In this document: one piece after another, positions 51,633 through 62,840 of the stretch
How positions within the stretch are numbered: position 1 is the first letter of the stretch
Layout: every line of letters begins with the position of its first letter
Source of the DNA: Candidatus Bathyarchaeota archaeon
GTDB taxonomy: Archaea > Thermoproteota > Bathyarchaeia > 40CM-2-53-6 > CAVXDP01
Assembly (NCBI GenBank): GCA_963760485.1
Contig: CAVXDP010000008.1
Location: 17,209 to 81,208, forward strand
Direction: 5' to 3'
Length of the DNA: 64,000 nucleotides
Notes under the pieces: model-generated
Told to the model about the DNA's origin: nothing
Databases searched by the model: none
What the model saw: the letters and a program-made list of their open reading frames with translations, nothing else
Translations under genes and position numbers: made by a program

Positions 51633-52259
51633 TTGAGCAGCACCGATAGGCAATACAAGGTGACAGAAAGTGCTACCTCTTCTTCTATTAGACAGTATTC
51701 TCCGAAGGTGTACGAGGAGTACGCGTATGTGCTAGACATACTTCCCTATGGAAGACCAACGTCTGAAAGATCTAGGCATATGGCTGTTCCATCAATTCAA
51801 GTCGTTGGAGAGAGTTTTTTCACGCTCTTGGAAGCTCAACTAAAACCAGGCGCATCCGTGAATATTCGAGAGAGAATATACGTAGGACGGGACCGAAGAG
51901 AAAAAATTGATCGTGTAATAGGGCGCGTGGGAAAGGAAGAACTAACTGTTGGGGCTCAAGCAGAAATTCAATCCGTGATAGAGGAGATAGCCAGAAACCA
52001 AGAGAAACGGTTTGTTGACTTCTTCGACAAAGCTCAAGCTGTTACGCCGAGAATGCATGCTCTGGAGCTTCTTCCTGGAATTGGGAAGAAACTGATGTGG
52101 CAGATAATCAATCAGAGAGACAAGAAACTATTCGACAGTTTCGCTGACATAAGAGAAAGAACAGGTATCACTGACCCAGCCAAACTTATTGCAAAAAGGG
52201 TCATTGAAGAACTCGGTGGCGAATCAAAATATAGGCTCTTCACGAGGACGATCCAGTGA
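51633..52259 (+). CDS. DUF655 family predicted RNA-binding protein
   Basis: YEEYAYVLD, GESFFTLLE, RMHALELLPGIGKK, KYRLF. Confidence 0.9.
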   Translation: MSSTDRQYKVTESATSSSIRQYSPKVYEEYAYVLDILPYGRPTSERSRHMAVPSIQVVGESFFTLLEAQLKPGASVNIRERIYVGRDRREKIDRVIGRVGKEELTVGAQAEIQSVIEEIARNQEKRFVDFFDKAQAVTPRMHALELLPGIGKKLMWQIINQRDKKLFDSFADIRERTGITDPAKLIAKRVIEELGGESKYRLFTRTIQ

Positions 52260-53071
52260 CGTGCGATTTGCAGTCAGCCTTTCTTGGATTCAAACCTAAC
52301 AGACGATATGGCCAGCACTTCATGATTGACGACCACTTACTGAACAAACTAGTACGGTACATATCTCCGACAAAACATGACGCCATCCTTGAAGTCGGAT
52401 CTGGAAACGGTACCCTGACTTCACTACTGGCAGAACAGGCAGGAAAAGTAATCGCGATCGAAAAGGACCCCAGACTAGTGAAGTTACTGAAAGAAAGATT
52501 TGGCACGCAAAGTGCTATTGAAATAATAGAGGGCGACGTCCTGAAAGCAAAGCTTCCAATATTCAACAAGGTCGTTTCAAATCTTCCTTACTGTATATCA
52601 TCCAAGTTCATGCTTTTCCTTACCAAGAGAACGTTCGAACTGGCAGTCTTGACGTTACAAAAGGAATTTGCACAGAAACTCGTTGCAAGAAACAAAACCT
52701 CTGAATATGGAAGAATAGGAGTTCTAGTTCAACATAGGATGAATGTGAACATGCTTGACCTCGTCCCTAGACAAGCCTTCTATCCGAGGCCGAAAGTAAC
52801 CTCCGTGATAGTAGCCTTGAGTCCAAAACATGATCTCCATAGAGTAGTCGATGAAATACTCTTTGACGAATTGGTTCGGGGACTATTCACCCAAAGAAGG
52901 AAGAAAGTGGAGAGAGCTCTGGCTTATTACATACGGTCAAAGATTGGAATGCCAGATCAGAACCTCGTTAGAGAATCGAATCCGCCCAACTCAAGAGTAT
53001 ATGAGATGGCCGTAGAAGAATTTGAAGAACTCTCAAACAGAGTAAGCTTAAGTCTAAAAGAGAGATCCTAG
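52256..53071 (+). CDS. rsmA: 16S rRNA adenine dimethyltransferase KsgA/Dim1
   Basis: GQHFMID, EVGSGNG, IEKD, SNLPY, QKEFA, FYPRPKVTS. Confidence 0.95.
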   Translation: MTCDLQSAFLGFKPNRRYGQHFMIDDHLLNKLVRYISPTKHDAILEVGSGNGTLTSLLAEQAGKVIAIEKDPRLVKLLKERFGTQSAIEIIEGDVLKAKLPIFNKVVSNLPYCISSKFMLFLTKRTFELAVLTLQKEFAQKLVARNKTSEYGRIGVLVQHRMNVNMLDLVPRQAFYPRPKVTSVIVALSPKHDLHRVVDEILFDELVRGLFTQRRKKVERALAYYIRSKIGMPDQNLVRESNPPNSRVYEMAVEEFEELSNRVSLSLKERS

Positions 53072-53092
53072 CACCGATCAGCATCAATTTCG

Positions 53093-53797
53093 GTGACAAG
53101 ATCTTTGGGCGTGAAAGTGGTTCTCGTCGAACCATTATATGAAACGAACGTAGGTCATATCGCACGGGTAATGAAAAACTTCGGCCTCGATGACCTATGC
53201 ATCATCAACCCTCGGATCGAGTTGGGAAGAGAATCAAGAATCTTCGCGGCCCATGCAAAAGACGTCCTAGATAACGTCAAGATCTCAAGGTCGCTTAGCA
53301 AGGCGATAGCAGATGCAGATATTACCATCGGTACTACAGCTCGACCCGGAAAATCAAGTAGAAACGTACTTAGGTCAACAATTGATCCAACGACTGTTGC
53401 CCGAAGGGCCATTTCAAACAAGGGGAAAGTGGCAATTGTTCTGGGAAGAGACACCACAGGCCTCTCAAACAAAGAGTTGAGCCTCTGTGATCTGACACTT
53501 ACAATCCCGACTAACCCAGAATACCCGACAATGAACGTATCACACGCTGCCGCTGTAATCTTCTATGAACTGTTCAAAGTCTGCCGCAAGAAGAGGAACT
53601 CAAAGGAAAGGATCCCCGACAAGAAAGTTATGAACAGGTTGATGGGATTCTTCAACGAACTGGCGGCACGTAGTGAGCTTCCGACTCATAGACGCAAGTT
53701 GGCCAACAGAGCATTTCGTAACATAATATCTCGTTCATTCATAACACAGCGTGAGACATCACTTCTGATGGGCGTATTTCGAAAGAACCTGAGATGA
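53093..53797 (+). CDS. TrmJ/LasT-family SPOUT RNA methyltransferase
   Basis: NVGHIARVMKNFG, GRDTTGLSN, YPTMNVSHA. Confidence 0.9.
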   Translation: MTRSLGVKVVLVEPLYETNVGHIARVMKNFGLDDLCIINPRIELGRESRIFAAHAKDVLDNVKISRSLSKAIADADITIGTTARPGKSSRNVLRSTIDPTTVARRAISNKGKVAIVLGRDTTGLSNKELSLCDLTLTIPTNPEYPTMNVSHAAAVIFYELFKVCRKKRNSKERIPDKKVMNRLMGFFNELAARSELPTHRRKLANRAFRNIISRSFITQRETSLLMGVFRKNLR

Positions 53798-53894
53798 ATA
53801 GACGAGGACGACTGGGAATTAGAATGGTCAACTAAGTCTTTATATAACGACCCAAAGGCTCTATGGGCTGACAAAATCCTCAAGGTGGCTAGTC

Positions 53895-54425
53895 ACGAAA
53901 GGTAGAAGTTACCGAATTCCCAACGGGCAACCTTACACTAGAATGAAGTATATCCACGGGGCACCAGTATGTAAGGTACAGAAGTTCACCATGGGCGATT
54001 CCAAAGCAACCTATCAGTACAAGGTTTCACTTATTGCAGAGAGCCGAGTTCAAGTTCGACATAATGCTCTCGAAGCAGCACGGGTATCAGCAAACAAAGT
54101 GATGTCTGACAAGCTTGGCGAGACAGGATACCTATTGAAAGTAGTAACATATCCACATGTAATCTTACGGGAGAACAGAATGATCGCCACCGCCGGAGCG
54201 GACAGGCTGCAGGAAGGTATGAGGCGGTCATTTGGTAAACCGAATGGAAGGGCAGCGATAATAGAATTAAACACATCGGTTCTCAACATATACGTAAATG
54301 AATCGGGATTGGAGCACGCCAAGGTAGCAATGAAGGTATCATCATCAAAGTTGCCCATGGCCTGTAGAGTTTCTGTTGAGAAGATTGAGTCACAAGTGGC
54401 TAGTGTTCCTGCTCAACCAGCATAG
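53895..54425 (+). CDS. rpl10e: 50S ribosomal protein L10e (uL16); apparent ACG at the start position
   Basis: In-frame KGRSYRIPNGQPYTR upstream of ORF 53943; ALEAAR, PHVILREN, GADRLQEGMRRSFGKP. Confidence 0.95.
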   Translation, partial: TKGRSYRIPNGQPYTRMKYIHGAPVCKVQKFTMGDSKATYQYKVSLIAESRVQVRHNALEAARVSANKVMSDKLGETGYLLKVVTYPHVILRENRMIATAGADRLQEGMRRSFGKPNGRAAIIELNTSVLNIYVNESGLEHAKVAMKVSSSKLPMACRVSVEKIESQVASVPAQPA

Positions 54426-54524
54426 TGTAACCGTACAAAGATAGTCAAAACCCTTTTATCCGTGGGTCAGGGATGACTGAACGATTTCACATAGTCTACA
54501 TTATCATGAGATTGGTGTTGATGG

Positions 54525-56922
54525 ATGCCAGCGAAAGATGAGAAATACGTTCTCTGGTTTGATGATCTTGGGAAGGATGAGGTTGCACTCGTAGGAGGCA
54601 AATCTTCAAGCCTCGGAGAAATGACGCAAAAAACCAACGTCGCAGTCCCGTATGGCTTTGCAACTACAGCCGCTGCATACAGGCACTTCATCAAACAGGC
54701 CAAACTAGATTCAAAGATTGCAGATGCTATGAAGGAACTAGTCGACCCGAACGATACCAGAACTCTACAGAAGGTTGGAAAGACGCTCAGGACACTGGTC
54801 CTTGAGTCGAAGATGCCGAAGGACCTTCACGACGAGATTGTAGCAGCCTATAAGCAACTTGCGAAGAAAAGTGGGGATCCAAGCCCATACGTGGCAATTC
54901 GTTCATCTGCAACGGCTGAAGATCTGCCGGATGCCAGTTTCGCTGGACAACAAGAGTCCTACCTGAACGTGTCAGGTGGAGATCAAGTTTCTGAAAGGGT
55001 TAAGGAATGCTACGCTAGCCTCTTCACGGACAGAGCGATATTTTACCGTGCTCAGAAAGGCTTCGATCATATGGCTATTGCTCTTTCAGGCAGCAGTTCA
55101 AATGATGGTATACTCGAAAGCAGCTGGAGTTATGTTTACGCTCAACGTCTCGAACGGAGACGAAAGCCAAATCCTGATAGAAGCGGCGTATGGACTCGGA
55201 GAATTTGTGGTGCAGGGAACCGTCACACCAGACGAATATTATGTGAATAAGAGCGATCTGAAAATTTCCAGCAAGAACGTTCCAGAAAAAACTCGTCAAC
55301 TTTCTAGAAAGTCCGATGGGGGCACGTATGAATCAGAGGTGCCGAGTGAACTTAGGATGAGACAGGTCATAACAGACGAGCAGATCAAGGAACTCGCGGG
55401 TTACGCTCTGGATATAGAGAAACATTACGGGCGCCATATGGATATAGAATGGGGATTGGACGATAGGAATAACAAGCTGTGGATACTGCAAGCTAGACCA
55501 GAAACCGTGTGGAGCTTCAAGAAAGGTCCGACGAAAGTTGAAGCTAAACCCTCCGTGCAGACTGAAAGAAAAGTCATAGTAAAGGGTTTACCCGCTTCGC
55601 CAGGAATGGCTGCAGGCAAAGCCCACGTTATAATGTCGGTTACCGACATTAACCAATTCCAGCAGGGAGAGCTCCTTGTCACCGAGATGACAGCTCCAGA
55701 CTGGGTTCCTGCCATGAGAAAGGCGAAGGCCATCGTAACCAATAGTGGTGGAACGACTTGCCACGCAGCCATAGTAAGTCGTGAACTTGGCATCCCCTGC
55801 ATAGTTGGAACAGCTAGCAAAGGTACACCGGGAACTAAAGCCATACAAAACCAATCAGAAATCACCGTTGATGCAGGGAACGGCGTAGTCTACGAAGGGA
55901 TACTGGAGGAAGCAGTGAAAGGACCTGAGGAACGTGGAATGGCTGTAGCTGTCGCAGCGGAATCATATCCAGTAACGGGAACAAAGATTCTCGTGAACCT
56001 CGGTGAACCTGAGATAGCTGAAAGGACCGCCAAACTACCATGTGATGGAGTTGGCCTAATGAGAGAAGAGTTCATTTGGGCATCAGACATCAACCAGCAT
56101 CCACTTCACCTAATTGAGATGGGCCAACCTCAGAAAGTTGTTGACAAACTGGCCGAAGGAATGAGGAAAGTCTGTGCCGCAATGAATCCAAGGCCAGTAG
56201 TCTTACGATTTAGTGACTTCAAATCCAGCGAGTATCGAGATCTAGAGGGTGGCGATAAGTATGAACCTGCTGAGCCATCCGCTCTTCTGGGATGGCGTGG
56301 AGCTTCAAGATACTACGATCCCAAATACACGGAAGCCTTCAAGCTTGAGGTAAAGGCTGTCATGAAAGTCCGCGAAGAGTACGGGCTGAAGAACCTATGG
56401 GTGATGTTACCCTTCGTTCGCACTCTCGAAGAAGTAAGAAAAGTCGTACAAATCATAGAAGGAGAGGGATTGAGAAGAGGCCCTGACTTCAAGATTTGGC
56501 TGATGGCAGAGATTCCAAGCAACGTAATACTGGCCGATCAATTCAACAAGTTCATTGACGGCTACAGTATAGGCTCAAACGATCTTACGATGCTCATTCT
56601 CGGCTGCGACAGGGATAATGCAACTGTGGGTCACATCTTTGACGAACGGGACCTAGCGGTGAAGAGGGCGATAAGACACCTCGTCGAGGTTGCTCATAGA
56701 GACGGCAAGACCGTATCCATTTGCGGCCAAGCACCGAGTGTATACGGGCCAGAATTTATCCGATTCTTGGTTGAGAGCGGAATCGATTCTATGTCAGTGA
56801 ACCCGGACGCCGTGGTGCAAGTTAGAAAATGGGTTGCAGGCATCGAGCAAAGACTGATACTGGAAAAGAGTTTGGGTCGAGGTGTACTGGAAGACTCACA
56901 GCTTGGATGGGACCCAAAGTAA
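54525..56922 (+). CDS. ppsA: Phosphoenolpyruvate synthase (frameshift near 55090)
   Basis: VGGKSSSLGE, RSSATAEDLPDASFAGQQ, LQARPETV, TCHAAIVSRELG, SIGSNDLT, SICGQAPS. Confidence 0.95.
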
Positions 56923-57055
56923 TTCAATTGACGACTCGCTTGGTATAGGCGCGGCGACTAGACTGTCGCCGGTGTTGAAATCTGTGTTGATAATGGAAAT
57001 GGTAATCTGAGAGTTAGTCTACTCCATTTCGGCTCGTGTTAAGCTGTTCTCAACG

Positions 57056-58072
57056 ATGAGGCCAATGTTTGACTTACAGAAGAAAAGGGTTCTTGAATAC
57101 ATCGGCAAAGGAAAGTACCGTAGAGTATTGTTACAGTTTCCAGAAGGACTGAAGCCTCAAGGTTTCAAACTTGCCAGAGAAATTGAGAGAGAATCCGGTG
57201 CAGAAGTGATAGTCTCCGCAGACGCCTGTTATGGCGCATGTGACTTGGCTGTTGAAGCTCGAGACCAGTTGATGGCCGACACTCTAGTGCACTATGGCCA
57301 TTCACCCATGAACAACGGTGACGCTGTGAACATCCTCTTCGTAGAAGCGAGAGCAACTGAGAACATTGATGCCGCTGTGAAGAAAGCACTTGAATTACTC
57401 AGAGATGAAAACAGAATTGGACTCACAACTGTTGTGCAACACGTTGATCAGTTGGAGCATGCGGCAGGAATTGTACGAGATTCTGGTAAGGAACCCTTCA
57501 TAGGAAAGGCAAGTGGTCATGCAAAATATCCAGGGCAGATTCTTGGCTGTGACTATTCAACTGCAACATCAATAGAGGCACATGTTGACTCCTACATATT
57601 CATTGGTGGCGGCAACTTCCATGCAATAGGCATTGAGTTGGCCACTGGAAAGAGAACGATTGTGGCAGACCCATATCTTAACCAAGCACGAGATATGACG
57701 GAAACAACCAAACTCCTACTTAGGAAGAGATGGGCGGCGATAACGAAGTTTCAAGACTCTAAGAAAGTGGGAATAGTGATAGGACTGAAGATGGGACAGA
57801 AGAATATTGAGTCGGCTGAAACTGTCAAGAGTCTGCTTGAAATGATGGGAAAGGAATGTGTGCTTCTCTCAGCTATAGAGTGCACGCCTGAAAACCTAGA
57901 GTCATTCGTAGACATTAATGCTTTCGTAACTACGGCCTGTCCAAGACTAGCCATAGACGATCAGGAGAGGTTCACGAGACCGATACTGAATACTGAAGAG
58001 GTTCTCATTGCAGTCGGCAAAAAACGTTGGGAAGACTATGGAAGGTATGTTTCTGAGCAAAAAACAGCTTGA
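57056..58072 (+). CDS. dph2: Diphthamide biosynthesis enzyme Dph2
   Basis: LQFPEGLK, CYGACD, HYGHS, GQILGC, TACPRLAIDD. Confidence 0.94.
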   Translation: MRPMFDLQKKRVLEYIGKGKYRRVLLQFPEGLKPQGFKLAREIERESGAEVIVSADACYGACDLAVEARDQLMADTLVHYGHSPMNNGDAVNILFVEARATENIDAAVKKALELLRDENRIGLTTVVQHVDQLEHAAGIVRDSGKEPFIGKASGHAKYPGQILGCDYSTATSIEAHVDSYIFIGGGNFHAIGIELATGKRTIVADPYLNQARDMTETTKLLLRKRWAAITKFQDSKKVGIVIGLKMGQKNIESAETVKSLLEMMGKECVLLSAIECTPENLESFVDINAFVTTACPRLAIDDQERFTRPILNTEEVLIAVGKKRWEDYGRYVSEQKTA

Positions 58073-58679
58073 GATGGTTCTCGAACATATACCTGCTCAT
58101 CCTACTCCCAAGATACAACTTGAACAATATACAATCACATCTTCAGTAGCTTCGGAACTTCTTTTCCTAGCTGCGAGATTACACAATGACGTGAGTGACA
58201 GACGTGTGATAGATCTCGGTTGCGGAACAGGCAGACTAGCGATTGGGGCAGCCCTTCTGAACGCCAAAGAGGTTGTCGGGGTGGATCTTGATACCACGGC
58301 TGTGGACGTCGCCAGAAAGAGTTCTGAGAGAATGAGCGTCAAGGATAGAACTCAATGGGTAGTCTCTGATTTGAACGGAGTTAGCGGTAGATTTGATACA
58401 GTACTTCAAAATCCGCCATTCGGAGTAAGGAAGAAGGGCGCTGATCGAGTTTTCATGCAGAAAGCCTTGGATATAGCAGACGTAATCTATTCTTTACACA
58501 AGAGCGGTGCAAGAAACAGAGTATTTATTAAAAGCCTAGTTTCAAAGCATAAAGCTACTATCACAGATCTATACCAAATGACGTTTGTGATTCCTCACAT
58601 ATTCAGATTTCACTCTAAGAGGGAACATGTCGTCCTGGTGGATCTCTACAGGGTTGTGACAGATGCAGCCAAAAAATGA
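58047..58679 (+). CDS. METTL5-family N6-adenine methyltransferase
   Basis: LEQY, DLGCGTGRL, QNPPFG, YSLHK. Confidence 0.9.
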   Translation: MFLSKKQLEMVLEHIPAHPTPKIQLEQYTITSSVASELLFLAARLHNDVSDRRVIDLGCGTGRLAIGAALLNAKEVVGVDLDTTAVDVARKSSERMSVKDRTQWVVSDLNGVSGRFDTVLQNPPFGVRKKGADRVFMQKALDIADVIYSLHKSGARNRVFIKSLVSKHKATITDLYQMTFVIPHIFRFHSKREHVVLVDLYRVVTDAAKK

Positions 58680-59235
58680 TGAAATGCAATTTGTGGTACC
58701 GGGTGAAAGACTCGGTGTAGTTGAAGAGTTCATGCCAGGACCAGGAACCTACGAACAGGACGGAACGATATACTCGGATGTAACTGGGTACACCACAAGA
58801 GACAAAATGAACAAGACAGTGTCCGTGAGACCTACGGTGAAGCGGCCTCTTACCCCCATGGAAGGAGACACTGTTGTTGGCACAGTTGTTACCGCCCATG
58901 GCAAGATGGCTACGTTGAACCTGATTAGAATAGGAGACAGAACTGTCTCAACTCCATTCACAGCTCTCCTTCACATATCGACTTCAAGCCCTAAATACGA
59001 ACCTGCAATGATGGAAGTCTGCAAGGCGGCGGATTTAGTTAGGGCCAGAATAGTAAACACGAAGAATAGGGTACCTCAGCTTACAACTATTGGAAGAGGA
59101 CTGGGGGTCATCAAGGCTTCATGTTCAATATGTGGCGACCCATTAGTTTTGAAAGATACGGTTCTTCAATGCCAGAAATGCATGAACATAGAACGAAGGA
59201 AACTGGCTGAAGACTACGGAAAAGACATTATGTGA
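58663..59235 (+). CDS. csl4: Exosome RNA-binding subunit Csl4
   Basis: VVPGERLG..EEF.PG.GTY, S1 domain, LGVI.A.CSICG...CQKC...ERRKLA. Confidence 0.93.
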   Translation: MQPKNDEMQFVVPGERLGVVEEFMPGPGTYEQDGTIYSDVTGYTTRDKMNKTVSVRPTVKRPLTPMEGDTVVGTVVTAHGKMATLNLIRIGDRTVSTPFTALLHISTSSPKYEPAMMEVCKAADLVRARIVNTKNRVPQLTTIGRGLGVIKASCSICGDPLVLKDTVLQCQKCMNIERRKLAEDYGKDIM

Positions 59236-59248
59236 AAGGGGATTTCTT

Positions 59249-59536
59249 TTGGAGATCAAGACACTGAAGGATCTTAAGAACGAGCTAAAGATCGAGATTA
59301 GTGGCGAGGGGCATACTTTCTGCAATCTACTCCAACAGACTTTGCTTGAAGACGGCGATGTGGAAATAGCCGGTTACGATCAGCCTCATCCACTTTTTCT
59401 CACACCAATCATCTACATACGAATGAAAGGAGACAAATCCCCATCCAAGGCTTTGCAGAAAGCGCTCACAAAGATAAGAGAAAGGGCTATCGAGTTCTCT
59501 GAGGAATTTGCAAAGTCCAGAAAATCTGCAACCTAG
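59249..59536 (+). CDS. rpoL: RNA polymerase subunit L (Rpo11)
   Basis: GEGHTFCNLL, AGY.QPHPL. Confidence 0.95.
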   Translation: MEIKTLKDLKNELKIEISGEGHTFCNLLQQTLLEDGDVEIAGYDQPHPLFLTPIIYIRMKGDKSPSKALQKALTKIRERAIEFSEEFAKSRKSAT

Positions 59537-59578
59537 AATATCTAACCAATCTCCTCGTTAGTTCAAGATGATGCCTAG

Positions 59579-59963
59579 TTGTCGCAAGGCATCTCTTCGA
59601 GCAACCGCCAATTTAGGGAAATACTTCAAAATCCCAAACTTGCGAGACTAGGGGACGCTTACGTCAATTTTCTACTATCTCTGGCCCTGACACAATTCAC
59701 TGGAACACCTGCAGGAATCAAAGTCAGCGACAAGATACTCTTTGAAGCGGCAAAAGAAATCGGGAATAAGAACCCTTCTTCCAAGAAGAATGAAGCGCGG
59801 ACAAATCGCCAACGTTGTCGAGGCGATGATCGTTGATTCTTGGTTGAAAAAATCTCTCAGCCTAGAAGAAATGTTGCAAATCATGATGAACGATCTGGAC
59901 AACTTGCCGAACGCCATAACCCGGCTCCTTAAGGAAATCATTGAGAGAATGAACAACAGCTGA
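59579..59963 (+). CDS. Archaeal ribonuclease III-like family protein (frameshift near 59755)
   Basis: LARLGDAYVNF..SLAL, KVSDKIL.EA, then LPRRM...IANVVEA. Confidence 0.75.
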
Positions 59964-59968
59964 AACTC

Positions 59969-60556
59969 ATGAAAAAAGAGGTCCGAATCCTAGCTATTTC
60001 TGACGGCATATCCAAGCGATCATTGATCAGGCAGAACAGGGCAATCGTGGGAGTCGTCCTTCGCGGAGGTCATTGGCTCGAAGGCATAATGAAGACAATA
60101 ATCGAGAGAAATGGATGTAACGTTACCTCTCAACTTGTGAGAATGATCAGATCATCATCACACTTTCAACAGACGCGCCTCATCATGACGGACGGTCTGG
60201 CACTTGCGGGAGTGAACATTGTTAACATTAGAGCTCTTCACGAAATGACTAACATCCCAATTATTGCGGTTTCAAGGGGAAGGAAAGAAATGGGAGATCT
60301 AAGCGAGAAAATGAAGGGATTAGACAGACACACTTCGAGAGTAAGGGCTCTGAAAGCAGCTGGCCAACCAACTTCGCTGGTGCTGGAACCCACTAGAAGA
60401 CGAATCTACGCCTACTACTCAGGCCTAAACTCTACTGATTTGAAGAGTATAATGAGGGGATTCTGTGCGGCTGAGACTCCAGAACCAATTAGGGTGGCCA
60501 GGATCATTTCGTCCGCCTTCAACAGGCATCTCGTTAAACGAGTCCAAAAAGATTAA
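59969..60556 (+). CDS. DUF99 / UPF0215 endonuclease-V-like protein
   Basis: ILAISDG, GVVLRG, DGLALAGVNIVN, PEPIRVA. Confidence 0.82.
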   Translation: MKKEVRILAISDGISKRSLIRQNRAIVGVVLRGGHWLEGIMKTIIERNGCNVTSQLVRMIRSSSHFQQTRLIMTDGLALAGVNIVNIRALHEMTNIPIIAVSRGRKEMGDLSEKMKGLDRHTSRVRALKAAGQPTSLVLEPTRRRIYAYYSGLNSTDLKSIMRGFCAAETPEPIRVARIISSAFNRHLVKRVQKD

Positions 60557-60606
60557 ATTTCGCCGACAGAGAAAGATCGAGGTCGATTTCTAGGTAGTTG
60601 AGACTT

Positions 60607-60930
60607 ATGCAATTCTGCTCCAAGTGTGGCACAGCTTTAGTCCTCGTAAGGAAAGAACAGAAGGTAGTCTTGAACTGCGCCAAATGTGGCCATGTCTCAG
60701 GCAAACCCGAGAAAGCCATCTCGAAAATGGCGCCGGACAAGGAGAAAATAGTCGTTATTGGAAAAGAGGAGCAGAAGATAAGGACTCTGCCAAAGACGAA
60801 GGTGGAATGTCCGAAATGTGGGCATTTCGAGGCCTTCTACTGGCTTGTCCAGACCAGAGGAGCAGATGAATCTTCAACACAGTTCTTCAGATGTACTCGC
60901 TGCGGAACCACATGGAGAGAGACATCTTAA
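60607..60930 (+). CDS. tfs: Transcription factor S (TFS/RpoM)
   Basis: FCSKCG..CAKCG; CPKCGH..QTRGADES.T.FF.CTRCG. Confidence 0.95.
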   Translation: MQFCSKCGTALVLVRKEQKVVLNCAKCGHVSGKPEKAISKMAPDKEKIVVIGKEEQKIRTLPKTKVECPKCGHFEAFYWLVQTRGADESSTQFFRCTRCGTTWRETS

Positions 60931-60990
60931 CTGGGTCGTGGATAGCACCTCAACCTCGCCGGGCCAAGCGCCAACCTTATAATAAGTCCA

Positions 60991-61788
60991 ATGGATATCC
61001 AACTAAACTCTACAGATCTAGGTGTACCTGATTTGTTTCAAGCTTCACTTCCCGACGCAAAACTTTGGAGGAATATTCTAAGCGCTATTTCAACACTCGT
61101 GGAAGAAGCTGATTTCAATGTTTCCCCCGAAGGGATTAAACTGAGATCTATGGATCCATCGCACGTAGCGATGGTTGATTTCGAATGGCCGAAATCGGCC
61201 TTCGAGAAGTTCAATTGCTCTCAACCGAACAAGGTAAGGGTTAACATAGGAAATATGTTGAAGCTCCTGAAAAGAGTCAAGAGTGAAGAAACACTTGAAA
61301 TATCATACGATGATGCAACGAAAAAAGTAGGTTTGCTACTCAAAGGCAAAATTACCAAGAGGTTCATACTCCCAACTTTGGAATCCATAGAGGAAGAAGT
61401 GCCAACACCTAAAGTAGTCTTCAACTCCAGAGTCAAAATGACGACGGAAAGTCTGCGAGATGTAATTGAGGACGCGCAGTCCATTAGTGACAATGTACGA
61501 CTTGAGACTACTCCAGACAAGTTATTGGTTAGCACAAGTACCGAGGTAAGCAGTGCAAACATGGAAATAGAAAAAGGAAGCGAGGCGATGCTTGAGATGG
61601 AAATCAAAGAACCATCCAAAGCGACTTTCAATCTGAACTATCTTGCAAACATTATAAGGGCAGGCGGCAGTGCCTCGGAAATCGTTACGATGGAATTCTC
61701 GACAAATATGCCGATAAAAGTTGAATTTGAGATGCCTCAGCAAGGGCGCCTCTTGTACTATCTTGCGCCTAGAATCGAAGCGGAATAA
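60991..61788 (+). CDS. pcn: DNA polymerase sliding clamp PCNA (true start probably GTG 61024 or TTG 61033)
   Basis: SMDPSHVAMV, C-terminal YYLAPRIE. Confidence 0.96.
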   Translation: MDIQLNSTDLGVPDLFQASLPDAKLWRNILSAISTLVEEADFNVSPEGIKLRSMDPSHVAMVDFEWPKSAFEKFNCSQPNKVRVNIGNMLKLLKRVKSEETLEISYDDATKKVGLLLKGKITKRFILPTLESIEEEVPTPKVVFNSRVKMTTESLRDVIEDAQSISDNVRLETTPDKLLVSTSTEVSSANMEIEKGSEAMLEMEIKEPSKATFNLNYLANIIRAGGSASEIVTMEFSTNMPIKVEFEMPQQGRLLYYLAPRIEAE

Positions 61789-61799
61789 GAGCAAAGAGA

Positions 61800-62840
61800 A
61801 TGCTGACGAAGACTGATCTTGCAAAATACCCTTTCACAGTCGAATCATCAGAATATGTCAAGAGCCTCAGGATAGGCGTCGCTGAGCTTACTACTGGAGA
61901 CTACGATCCGATTCTTGATAGGGCAGAACAAAGAATAAGCGAATCTGAGAAGGATGCTGTGGTCTCCCCAAGATGGCAGGATACCGACGTAGAGATCCTC
62001 TCATTCCCAACAGCCGTAATGTTAGTGAGCGAAATAGCGAACGAAAGAGTTTCGCGAAGATACGCCTTATCAGAATCAAAAAGAGCGTACGAACATCTGA
62101 GAGAGGAGACTTCCCAGAAGATTCTAGAGATAGCCATGAATACCTTCGGTTGGAGGATCGCACATCAACAAGACGGTGGAGACGTCCCTGATTCCAACTA
62201 CAGTATCCACTTCGTGGACTATCTAAGAAATGCAAAGGGCATTCGAGATCCAAAGTGGAAACTAATCAACCGCATACTTGAGAATGGGATTATTACTGTT
62301 GCAGGGGACGAGGTGGCAAGGCTTCTCGAGGAAGAGGTACAGCGGAAGGTATACTCACGGATCAGATCTCCATCCAATTCATTTCCCGAATCTCTCTCTC
62401 TACGTGTAAAGAGACTCAAAGAGAAGATTAACACGGGGAAAGCCTATTCATACCTAGAGATGCCTAAAGTGGTTCTTGCTGAGGCTATGCCCCCGTGCAT
62501 AAAAGCACTTAATCAAGCGTTGACGTCTCGGAAACACCTATCTCACATGGGCAGGTTCACTTTGACATCTTTTCTTCTAAATGTCGGAGTCAGCAGTGAA
62601 GATCTTGTGAAGATGTTTAGGGAGGTTTCCGATTTCAGTGAGAGGTTGACTCGATACCAAGTAGAACATATAGGTGGTTCAAGAGGCGTTAAGACTAGAT
62701 ACTCACCGCCCAAGTGTGATAACCTGAAGACTCACGGGCTTTGCGTAAACCCCGATGAACTATGCAGATCAGTGCGGCATCCCTTGAGCTACTATAAGAA
62801 GAAGATCTTCAGGAGGCGGATTCGGGCGGGTGAAGATTGA
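61800..62840 (+). CDS. priL: DNA primase large subunit
   Basis: LAKYPF, WKLINR, PPCI, HMGRF, TRYQVEH, YSPPKC...LC...C..HPL (Fe-S domain). Confidence 0.94.
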   Translation: MLTKTDLAKYPFTVESSEYVKSLRIGVAELTTGDYDPILDRAEQRISESEKDAVVSPRWQDTDVEILSFPTAVMLVSEIANERVSRRYALSESKRAYEHLREETSQKILEIAMNTFGWRIAHQQDGGDVPDSNYSIHFVDYLRNAKGIRDPKWKLINRILENGIITVAGDEVARLLEEEVQRKVYSRIRSPSNSFPESLSLRVKRLKEKINTGKAYSYLEMPKVVLAEAMPPCIKALNQALTSRKHLSHMGRFTLTSFLLNVGVSSEDLVKMFREVSDFSERLTRYQVEHIGGSRGVKTRYSPPKCDNLKTHGLCVNPDELCRSVRHPLSYYKKKIFRRRIRAGED

